From the IMG/VR virus record IMGVR_UViG_3300023174_000065: a stretch of DNA of 64,000 bases; one strand, written 5' to 3'. Numbering within the stretch: position 1 is the first letter of the stretch; each line of letters starts with the position of its first letter. The position numbers and the translations under genes are program-made. The notes below the pieces were generated by a model, which did not search any database, was not told where the DNA came from, and saw only the letters and a program-made list of their open reading frames with translations. Shown here piece after piece: positions 11,195 through 20,189 of the stretch. The stretch is from a virus.

Positions 11195-14100
11195 GTGGCA
11201 AACAATTATTTTTACGTTCACAATGGTCTGACGGCAGGTGCATTAAGCATCGATGCAGCAACTGGCAATCTAACCACATTAGGTATCATAACCTCTACAT
11301 CTACTCAAGTAGCAAATAATACGTTTTCTGGAGCACTTGTTGTTACCGGTGGCGCAGGAATTGGCGGCAAATTGTATGTTGGTGATGATATCTACAGCAA
11401 ATCCAGTCTCGTTCTTACTACTTCGAGTGCAAGATCTTTTGTAGTAACCTCTCTCAGGTCAGGAACTGGTACTGCCGTAAGTACATCAACCGGTGATGTA
11501 ATTGTTTGGAGCACTGCAAGTTTACAAACAGTAACTGGTTTTGGAAATTCAACTGATATCGCAATCAAAATCACTAATTCAACTTCAGCAACCAGTACTT
11601 CAACTGGCTCATTGGTAGTTGCAGGCGGTGTTGGTATCGGCGGCACATTGTGGGTTGGCGATGATGTATATAGTAAAGGCAATTTAGTTTTAACAACTGC
11701 TTCAATAAAAACATATGGCGTTTCTAAAATAACGCCGGGAACAGGCACTGCTGTTAGCTCATCGACCGGAGAAGTTACTATATGGAGTACCGCCACTTTA
11801 CAAGATGTTACTAGTCAGGGTTCATCTACGGATCGATCTATTTCTATTACTAATAGTACTACCAGTACAGACACTGGATCAGGTGCTCTAAAAGTAACGG
11901 GCGGAGTTGGAATTGGTGGCAATCTAAATGTTGGCGGACAGTTAAAAGTAAATAACGAAGCTACATTTTTAGGAAATGTTACATTCAGCGGAAATGCAAC
12001 ATATGTTTATTCTACTAACACTCTTTACACAGATAATATTCTAGAACTTCACACTCCATCTGATGGACAGTGGACACTTGATGACGGCAAATCTATTGGG
12101 TTAAAATTTCACTACTTTAATAATGCAACTAACACAAATGCCGCGCTTGTATTAAAAAATGACAGTAAATTCTTAGAATGGTTTTCTTATGGTGTTACTG
12201 GAGATAGTACATTTACGAGTGCAACCTACGGTACATTTAAGACAGGTTCTATAAGACTTGCTGACTCAACCTCTGCTACTAGCACAGTTTCTGGTGCATT
12301 ACAAGTTGTTGGTGGTGCAGGAATTGGCGGCAATCTTTATGTAGGCGGAGATATTTATTCTAGTGGTTCAAGAGTAGTAACTGAAACTAATCTAGGAACT
12401 TATGGTATTTCTGCGATTTATGCAGGAACAGGAACTGCTGTTAGTTCAAACACTGGATCAGTGACGATCTGGAGTACCGCAACTTTACAAGATGTTACTA
12501 GTCAGGGTTCATCTACCGATCGGTCTATTTCAATTAGTAGTTCCACAAATTCAACATCGACTAATACTGGAGCATTACGAGTCACGGGTGGTGTAGGTGT
12601 TGGTAGAAATCTATATGTTGGCGGACAGTTGGTAGTGACCAATTCCACTGTTTCCACTGTTTCTGATGGTTCACTACTGACAATAAATCATCCTGGAAAT
12701 AAAAATTGGGCAGTGTTGATAGGAGATGCTGTTAATACTGGATCAACAACTGGTATATATTTAAGATCAACTACGACCTCATATATAGCATGGGGCGCAC
12801 AAGGCTCATTGGTATTTACATCAAGTGGTGTTGGAATCGAGCGTATGCGCATAGATTCTTCTGGTAGTTTAGTAATTGCAACAACTACCGCTGCTATAAA
12901 TTCTCAGTCAGGAGCTCTTCAAGTTGCAGGAGGAGCAGGCATTGTTGGTGATCTTCATGTGGGTGGTAATATTTACGGAAAAATCAGCGGCACGGTAACC
13001 GCTACTACTCACATTGTAGGAGGTGCTGCTAATCGAATTGTTTATAATACAGGAACAGATACTACTAGCTTTATTATTGCACCACCATCATCAAATGTTT
13101 TTCTACAATATACGGGTAATAATGCGTTCACTTGGACATCGTTCTCGGCAGGAACTGATACTGCAATAAGTGTAACAGGCGCAGATGTAAAAATTTGGAA
13201 TAACAGTACACTACAGTCTATTACTAACAGAGGAAATTCAACTTCTAATGCAATTAGTATTACTAGTAGTACAGCATCAATATCAACTACTACCGGTGCG
13301 TTAACTGTTTTAGGTGGTGTTGGTATTCAGGGAGATCTCTATGTAGGTAAAACTATTTACGGAACAATCACTGGATCTATAACAACTGCTTCCAACATTG
13401 CATCAGGCAGTGCTAATAGAATATTATATCAAACTAGTACCGGCACTACTGGATTTATTGCAACTCCAACTAATTTTGGTACATTTTTACAATATTCTAC
13501 AACTAATACCTTTGTTTGGACAACTGTTACAGCAGGTGTTTCTAAAATAAATGCTGGCACCGGAACTGCTATTAATACATCAACTGGAGAAGTTACTATA
13601 TGGAGCACTGCAGGTTTACAAACAGTAACTACTATTGGAAATTCAACCGATAAAGCAATCAGAATCACTAATTCAACTTCGGCAACCAATACTTCAACTG
13701 GCTCATTGGTAGTCACAGGTGGTGTTGGTATTGGCGGCGATCTTTATGTAGGCGGTACATTTTACGGAAAAGTCAGTGTTGATGGAGTAGTTGAATATGC
13801 TAAGGCATTGGGTGGAGGATCATCAGGACAATTGCTATATCAATCAGCAACTTCCACTACTAGTTTTGTGTCCACTGCTGCATCTGGATGGTTACTACAG
13901 AGTAACGGTAGTAATGCTCCTTCTTATGTAAATCCAAATAGTTTAACGGTCAGTAAAGCTGGTGATATTACCGGTGGATTGAATAATCAAATTTTATACC
14001 AACAGTCAGCAGATCAAACATCATTTATAGATGCTCCCACTGATGCTAATACATTCCTGTTGTTTAGGGGTGGATCATTTGTATGGTCATCAACGATCAA

Positions 14101-15379
14101 TAATACTGCGCAAGCAACTTCAACCAATTCTGGAGCATTTCAAGTTGTAGGAGGTGTTGGAATTGGCGGAAACTTATATGTAGGCGGAAATATCGTTGCG
14201 ACTAATGCACAGATATCCGGCTCTATCGACTCTGCTACCACTGCAACTCATCTAGCAAACGGTTCTACAGGAAGCATTCCATATCAGACCAATGTTGGTA
14301 GAACTGGGTTTATTCCAATTGGAACAACTGGCACTGTATTGGTCAGTGATGGCACGACTGCTACTTGGAAAGCTTCGAGTGCAATTTCAGCCAGTACTGC
14401 GAGTACTGCTACTAATTTAGCGCGCGGTGTAAGGGGAAGTATTCCATATCAAACCAATACTGGCACTACTGACTTTATTCCAATTGGAACAACTGGCACT
14501 GTACTGGTCAGTGATGGTACAACTGCTACTTGGAAAGCACAAAGCACATTGTCGGTGGGTACAGCGACGACTGCTACTCATCTAGTAGGTGGTGCTCTGG
14601 GAAGTATTCCATATCAAACCAACACTGGTACTACTGGATTTATTCCAATTGGATCTCAGGGACAGATATTAGTAAGTGATGGTACTACTGCTACTTGGTC
14701 AACCGCTTCAATATCATTGTCCGTGAGTTCTGCTACTACTGCTACTAATTTAGCAGGCGGCGCAACAGGAAGTATTCCATATCAAACCAATACTGGTACT
14801 ACTAAATTTATTTCAATAGGAAGTACAAGCAGTTTATTAGTAAGTGATGGTACTACTGCTACTTGGAAAGCGCCAACCACGATATCAGTGAATACTGCTA
14901 CTTATGCAACCAATATTTCTAATAATAACTACAGCAGTGGATTCCAGATTGCATACAATAGTGATAGCGTTACTACAAAGTTTGCAAATTCTGCGACTAC
15001 TACTGGTACATTCTTAAAATACAGTGGCGATAGTGCATATCCATTTATATGGGACACTGTATCACAGGGCGGTGTTACCTCGGTTAATCCAGGCACCGGG
15101 ACTGCGGTTAGCTCCACTACTGGCAATGTGACTATCTGGAGTACAGCAACTCTTCAAAACGTCACCGACAGGGGAAGAACATCTACTAATGCAATTTCAA
15201 TTACATCCACTACGCAATCAACGGGCACAACTACTGGCGCGTTAACAGTTTCAGGTGGTGTTGGTATAGGTGGCAATATTTATACAGCCGGTGAAATACA
15301 TATTACATCTGCTACAGCATCGGTATTTTATATGAAGTATAATCCCGCTGCCGGTGCAGTAGACTTTATATTTGGTTAA
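11195..15379 (+). CDS. Tail fibre-like protein
   Basis: Same TGALxVxGGxGIGG repeats plus 'GSIPYQTNTGTT' repeats. The start is probably the in-frame GTG at 11195, after GGAG at 11181, rather than the TTG at 11171. Confidence 0.7.
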   Translation: MANNYFYVHNGLTAGALSIDAATGNLTTLGIITSTSTQVANNTFSGALVVTGGAGIGGKLYVGDDIYSKSSLVLTTSSARSFVVTSLRSGTGTAVSTSTGDVIVWSTASLQTVTGFGNSTDIAIKITNSTSATSTSTGSLVVAGGVGIGGTLWVGDDVYSKGNLVLTTASIKTYGVSKITPGTGTAVSSSTGEVTIWSTATLQDVTSQGSSTDRSISITNSTTSTDTGSGALKVTGGVGIGGNLNVGGQLKVNNEATFLGNVTFSGNATYVYSTNTLYTDNILELHTPSDGQWTLDDGKSIGLKFHYFNNATNTNAALVLKNDSKFLEWFSYGVTGDSTFTSATYGTFKTGSIRLADSTSATSTVSGALQVVGGAGIGGNLYVGGDIYSSGSRVVTETNLGTYGISAIYAGTGTAVSSNTGSVTIWSTATLQDVTSQGSSTDRSISISSSTNSTSTNTGALRVTGGVGVGRNLYVGGQLVVTNSTVSTVSDGSLLTINHPGNKNWAVLIGDAVNTGSTTGIYLRSTTTSYIAWGAQGSLVFTSSGVGIERMRIDSSGSLVIATTTAAINSQSGALQVAGGAGIVGDLHVGGNIYGKISGTVTATTHIVGGAANRIVYNTGTDTTSFIIAPPSSNVFLQYTGNNAFTWTSFSAGTDTAISVTGADVKIWNNSTLQSITNRGNSTSNAISITSSTASISTTTGALTVLGGVGIQGDLYVGKTIYGTITGSITTASNIASGSANRILYQTSTGTTGFIATPTNFGTFLQYSTTNTFVWTTVTAGVSKINAGTGTAINTSTGEVTIWSTAGLQTVTTIGNSTDKAIRITNSTSATNTSTGSLVVTGGVGIGGDLYVGGTFYGKVSVDGVVEYAKALGGGSSGQLLYQSATSTTSFVSTAASGWLLQSNGSNAPSYVNPNSLTVSKAGDITGGLNNQILYQQSADQTSFIDAPTDANTFLLFRGGSFVWSSTINNTAQATSTNSGAFQVVGGVGIGGNLYVGGNIVATNAQISGSIDSATTATHLANGSTGSIPYQTNVGRTGFIPIGTTGTVLVSDGTTATWKASSAISASTASTATNLARGVRGSIPYQTNTGTTDFIPIGTTGTVLVSDGTTATWKAQSTLSVGTATTATHLVGGALGSIPYQTNTGTTGFIPIGSQGQILVSDGTTATWSTASISLSVSSATTATNLAGGATGSIPYQTNTGTTKFISIGSTSSLLVSDGTTATWKAPTTISVNTATYATNISNNNYSSGFQIAYNSDSVTTKFANSATTTGTFLKYSGDSAYPFIWDTVSQGGVTSVNPGTGTAVSSTTGNVTIWSTATLQNVTDRGRTSTNAISITSTTQSTGTTTGALTVSGGVGIGGNIYTAGEIHITSATASVFYMKYNPAAGAVDFIFG
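14235..14900 (+). repeat. Four ~55-aa intragenic repeats (ATxLxxGxxGSIPYQTNxGxTxFIxIG...LVSDGTTATW)
   Basis: Visible in both protein and DNA (recurrent ggaag(t/c)attccatatca). Confidence 0.85.
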
Positions 15380-15394
15380 ATGGAATTTAAATAA

Positions 15395-18300
15395 ATGGCA
15401 ATAAAATATTGGACAGGTCGGGTTGATAGACAATGGACAAACCAAGCTAATTGGTCGTTGACCCCTGGAGGAAATACATCGGTGCAATCACCGGGCTCAA
15501 GTGACGATGTAATTTTTGATTTTTCTGCGTTATCTTCGGGATCTTATACGGTGTTAGGACCACCGTCGGCTTTAACAATTCGATCACTTAGTTTAGGAAA
15601 TCCATCAAATGGAACTGTTACATTAACCTTGCAAGCTGCATTAACTTGTTCTACAAATCTTACAACTATTTCAGGAATAATAGAATGCAGTGGCCAAAAC
15701 TTTACAGTTAGGACCTTTGCAAGTAACTCTCTTTATTTTATAGTAACTTCAACTGGAATAGTAAGAAATTTTGCAGCATTAATTACAAAATGTATTTCTC
15801 AAATTGATGGTCAAGTAACCTCTTCATTAGGATATTGGAATAATTCCTATAATGCTGACGTTAATGGACTAGTAGATGTTAGTAGATATATATCTATTGG
15901 CAGTACTTTAACTATTAATATTAGTGGAAGTGTTACATCTAGAGGATATCCTACAACTCTTACCGATGGAATTACATGCGATTATCTATATAATTATGGA
16001 ACACTTAGAGCTATTACTTATGGAATTAGTGTAAGTTATGCTTTAACTACTGGTTCAAGAAGTACAACTTCGATAGATGGATCTTCTAGATTTGGAACAG
16101 CGTCGTCACTATTATATACTAGTAGTCTAGAAGGTCCAGTTACTGTTGGCAATGATTTATATGTTCGAATAAATTTAAACGTTTATTCTACTCTACAAGT
16201 TAATGGGGTGATGACAACAATTTATGGAGCTCATATTTATTCTCCAGGCATAGTAACTGTATCGAAATATATGGATAATAACGCAGGTAATGTGACTATA
16301 GAAAGCGGAGCACGTATTACAACTAATGGTGCTAATTCTACCTACGGTCAAGGATTTATTTGTAATAATCTATATAATCATGGAATATTACAAGTTAATA
16401 ATGGCGCACTATTAATTGCCTATGAAATGAAAACTTTTCCAGAAAGTACAACATCAGCTGGCCCTAGCCCTACTGGATACTTGTCTAATATTGGTAATGC
16501 TAGTTTATCGTATACTAGCACACTCAATGGCCCGGTTACTGTTAGTGGTAATTTATATTTTAAATCAAATTTACAATCTAATAAACCGTTATCTATTACC
16601 AATGGAGGATATTTAAGAGTTTACGGAACTGCTGTATTTACTGATAATTTAGATGTAGATAGCTACCTTGATGCAGGATATGACACTACTTTTGGAATTT
16701 TAAATCAAATAGCTAGTCCTATTTATACTATTGGAAAAGCCCTATTATCTACCGGAGGGTTAATTACAAATTCTACCTCAGTTTTAACAATTTATAAAGG
16801 AACTCTTATTACTTATGGTGTCACAAATGCTATATATGGATTAGGTGTAGACTGCGGTTATTTTATTAATTATGGATCTGCTACTATTAATGGCGCAATT
16901 AAAGTTAATTATTATATGGATACTAAAGATGGAACTACAACTATTGTAGGACCTTCGACCAATTTATCGACTATAGGAGATAACTCTTATACTAGCACGC
17001 TAAAAGGTATAGTTACTATTAAAGGAAATACTAAAGTTGATTATTTAAATTCAACTGCAATTTTAACAATTAACGGGTATCTTGATGGCCAGTACGCAGT
17101 TGTGTTAGGAAATTCTACAATTATTGATGGTTACGCTAATAGTAATAGTGGATATGATTTTACAATAGATCAACAAATAATTTCGAATATAAATGTTCCA
17201 TTTAATGTTTACATTGGCGGGGACTTAAGAGTAGGGCGTAATTTATATGTTAGAAACTACACTTCTGTTGACGGAATTGTGAATTTCTTATATTCGTATA
17301 GTCGAGGACTATATTTACAAGGTGGTGATTTAACAATAGGCCTTCCAGTTTCTTTTACATCTTATCCTCCACAATTTAGATTTTTTTACTTAGCTCTTGG
17401 TAACAATACATTATATTGTCCTGCATTAACACTTACACCGTCTTCTATGGAATGGAATGAATCTGGAGCAATTTCTCTTACAGGAGAACCTGATACAGGT
17501 GTCACACTCACTGTTTTAGATTTTGATACAACATACCTTTCAGTCTTTGATACCACCAAATATCCGCCTACAGTTACTTTAGATGGCACTGGATCATTAG
17601 GAACTCGGAGAGTTATCAATTCAGGACCAGGAAGTAAATTACAAAATTTAAACATTAATGTAATTGATGATGCCAGTGACACCGTTGTTATAACTGGACC
17701 AGTTAATGATATGTTGTTTGACGATACGTACTTGGGTATTGGAAATTTAGCTGCTTGTACTGGAATTTATGGAAATTTTGCATCATCGGATAATATGACT
17801 TTTACTCCATCATCTAACCTATTATATTTTCTAGGAAAAGATGCAGTAGATTTAAATATGAATGGCGGTGTTTTAAATCAACCAGTTCAATTTTTAGGAA
17901 GAGATCCTAATGTTACTTGGTATTTGAGTTCTGATTTTGCAGTAAGTAGTGCTTATACTGCCACATTTTATCAAGGAACTTTAGATTTTACTTTTGGTAA
18001 TATATATTGCGGTCTATTTAATTCATCAACTGCAAGTTCTGTGACAAGATATTTTAATAACGGCGGAGGTGGCACCGGCGTTATTTCAGTTTCGTCGTCG
18101 TCGGGTGTTGTATTTGATACATCAATTAATACTAATTTAGAACTTACAAGTTTTGTTGATGTTGTATTAACATCTAATTCGAGGTCTGGAGCTATTCGAA
18201 CTATTCGGGTAGGTGCACCGTTAGAAGGAAACTGTTTTAATTTTGTTGTCAGTAACGGAACATCTGGGAGCATTGTGAATTTTACTTCTGGCAATAATGT

Positions 18301-19927
18301 AGGAGGTTTAGATTTTAGAGGAACATATTCATCTATTAATTCTGCATCGGTAGTAACTTTAACATGCTATAATGATATATATTTAGGTAATACTGCTAGG
18401 TTTTATAACAATCTTACTCCTTTGCAACTTACATTTTGTACTTGGAGACTATTTTCGTCTGGTAGTAGTCAAATGGTTGATACAGGAAGACAAAATATAA
18501 ATTGGCCATTAGAACTTGATGGTTTAAGTTACACTGAATTCAATTTAGGAACTTCGTCATTTACCTATACTGCAAGTGTTCCTCTAAGACTTGGGTATGG
18601 TATACTGAATATAAACTCTCAAACTGTTTCTGTTAATACTACTACTATTAATGGAATTAATAATACTCCTGCTCTTTTTGAGATACAAAATGGAACATTT
18701 ACATCTACAATAATAAATCATGTGTCTAGTAGCACATTAACTCTGTCAAATTCTGGTAATATTAGCACAAATTACTATAACTTTAGTACTGGAACATTAA
18801 ATTTAAATGCGCAGACTATTGTTACTGGTATTTTTTCTGCTACAAATAATCTCGTTGCACCAAATTTAATAAACTTTAGTACTGGAAAAATACAATTAAC
18901 AGGTACATCAGGAATTCTTTGGAATTCAGATGATAGTCTGTTGTCAACAAAAACTACCGGAAGGGTTGAATTAATTAATAAAAATGCAAATAATGTAATT
19001 ATAAATCAAGGAACTCCAATTGAAAATAATAGTATTTCTTTTGCTATTACAACTGGAACTGGAACGGTAACGTTTAATGGTAATTCTGTAAATAACTTTG
19101 ATATAGCTGGATTTGCTGGAAGACCGGTTATTTCAAGCAATATGCGCATTTATGGAGATATTGTATTTTCACCTTCGGCAAACTTAAGTGGTATTAATTG
19201 GAATTTAAGTGCCACTTCAGGAACAAAAAAAATTACAGGAAATAACTCTTCACTGACTAACACTATCATTAATATTGGCGGTACTACAGGTAATCCAACT
19301 TATAGTTTAACTGATAATTTAGGAAATTCATTGTTCGAAGGGCCAGGAATTTCACATCTACGCGGAACATTTAACTTAAATAAAAATGATATAACTATTT
19401 TGTCTTATAATAACGCCAGTAGCGGTGTATCTAACACATTAAATATGTCCAGCTCTACGGTTACATTATTCAACGGCACAAGTTCTCAAAGTTGTGTTTG
19501 GACAGCAGGTGTTCAGTCAACTATAATTGATAATTCTGATAGTAAAATATATTTTGCTGGAACTAATACCAATATATTCCAAGGCGCTGGAAAATCTTAT
19601 AACTTTTTAGGATTAAAAAATCAAGGAATTTCTGCGGGAATTTCAATAACAGGTAACAATACTTTTAATACCCTTCAACAGGATGTATATACTGCTACTA
19701 CCTGGACCTTTGCATCATCATCAACTACAATTGTAACTAATTTTAATATTTCTGGAAAAGATGCTGCAAATAGAGCAAATATTAGAAGCTCAACACCAGG
19801 CACTCAGTTTACATTAAGTAAAAGCTCAGGAATAGTATCAGTTCAATACACTAGTATTAGAGACAGTAATGCAACTGGTGGTGCAAGGTGGTTTGCATTA
19901 AAGAGACAAGGAAACATAGATGGCTAG
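15395..19927 (+). CDS. Large beta-rich virion/adhesin-like protein
   Basis: 1510 aa, Asn/Thr/Ser/Gly-rich; N-terminal 'YWTG...WTNQANWSLTPGG' and C-terminal 'SIRDSNATGGARWFA'. It ends just before the usual GNNTGWIF tail (see findings). Confidence 0.65.
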   Translation: MAIKYWTGRVDRQWTNQANWSLTPGGNTSVQSPGSSDDVIFDFSALSSGSYTVLGPPSALTIRSLSLGNPSNGTVTLTLQAALTCSTNLTTISGIIECSGQNFTVRTFASNSLYFIVTSTGIVRNFAALITKCISQIDGQVTSSLGYWNNSYNADVNGLVDVSRYISIGSTLTINISGSVTSRGYPTTLTDGITCDYLYNYGTLRAITYGISVSYALTTGSRSTTSIDGSSRFGTASSLLYTSSLEGPVTVGNDLYVRINLNVYSTLQVNGVMTTIYGAHIYSPGIVTVSKYMDNNAGNVTIESGARITTNGANSTYGQGFICNNLYNHGILQVNNGALLIAYEMKTFPESTTSAGPSPTGYLSNIGNASLSYTSTLNGPVTVSGNLYFKSNLQSNKPLSITNGGYLRVYGTAVFTDNLDVDSYLDAGYDTTFGILNQIASPIYTIGKALLSTGGLITNSTSVLTIYKGTLITYGVTNAIYGLGVDCGYFINYGSATINGAIKVNYYMDTKDGTTTIVGPSTNLSTIGDNSYTSTLKGIVTIKGNTKVDYLNSTAILTINGYLDGQYAVVLGNSTIIDGYANSNSGYDFTIDQQIISNINVPFNVYIGGDLRVGRNLYVRNYTSVDGIVNFLYSYSRGLYLQGGDLTIGLPVSFTSYPPQFRFFYLALGNNTLYCPALTLTPSSMEWNESGAISLTGEPDTGVTLTVLDFDTTYLSVFDTTKYPPTVTLDGTGSLGTRRVINSGPGSKLQNLNINVIDDASDTVVITGPVNDMLFDDTYLGIGNLAACTGIYGNFASSDNMTFTPSSNLLYFLGKDAVDLNMNGGVLNQPVQFLGRDPNVTWYLSSDFAVSSAYTATFYQGTLDFTFGNIYCGLFNSSTASSVTRYFNNGGGGTGVISVSSSSGVVFDTSINTNLELTSFVDVVLTSNSRSGAIRTIRVGAPLEGNCFNFVVSNGTSGSIVNFTSGNNVGGLDFRGTYSSINSASVVTLTCYNDIYLGNTARFYNNLTPLQLTFCTWRLFSSGSSQMVDTGRQNINWPLELDGLSYTEFNLGTSSFTYTASVPLRLGYGILNINSQTVSVNTTTINGINNTPALFEIQNGTFTSTIINHVSSSTLTLSNSGNISTNYYNFSTGTLNLNAQTIVTGIFSATNNLVAPNLINFSTGKIQLTGTSGILWNSDDSLLSTKTTGRVELINKNANNVIINQGTPIENNSISFAITTGTGTVTFNGNSVNNFDIAGFAGRPVISSNMRIYGDIVFSPSANLSGINWNLSATSGTKKITGNNSSLTNTIINIGGTTGNPTYSLTDNLGNSLFEGPGISHLRGTFNLNKNDITILSYNNASSGVSNTLNMSSSTVTLFNGTSSQSCVWTAGVQSTIIDNSDSKIYFAGTNTNIFQGAGKSYNFLGLKNQGISAGISITGNNTFNTLQQDVYTATTWTFASSSTTIVTNFNISGKDAANRANIRSSTPGTQFTLSKSSGIVSVQYTSIRDSNATGGARWFALKRQGNIDG

Positions 19928-20168
19928 TGCAGGTAATAATACAGGTTGGATATTTAATATAACAATTAGATTGACCAATACTGGTACATTATATACGGGG
20001 TCAACTGAACTTGATGAAGTGACGACGTCAACTATTAGAATGTCTGACTTTGTAATAAATGCTAACCGATTTGATGAAGTCACAACATTGCCAGTTGCAA
20101 TGCGTCATACTTCTACTGGAACATTTATTGTTTCAGGGGAATTTAATGAAATAATATTAAACAGTTAA
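19920..20168 (+). CDS. Small virion protein, or frameshifted C-terminus of the upstream giant protein
   Basis: Overlaps the upstream stop and begins with 'AGNNTGWIF', the motif expected to complete the upstream protein. Confidence 0.55.
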   Translation: MASAGNNTGWIFNITIRLTNTGTLYTGSTELDEVTTSTIRMSDFVINANRFDEVTTLPVAMRHTSTGTFIVSGEFNEIILNS

Positions 20169-20189
20169 ATATATGAAGAGAGAAATTAT

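Noticed and set aside
19925-19927. Stop-codon reassignment (TAG read as sense)
   Set aside because: Genes across the window are intact in the standard code, and reading through this TAG meets TAA two codons later.
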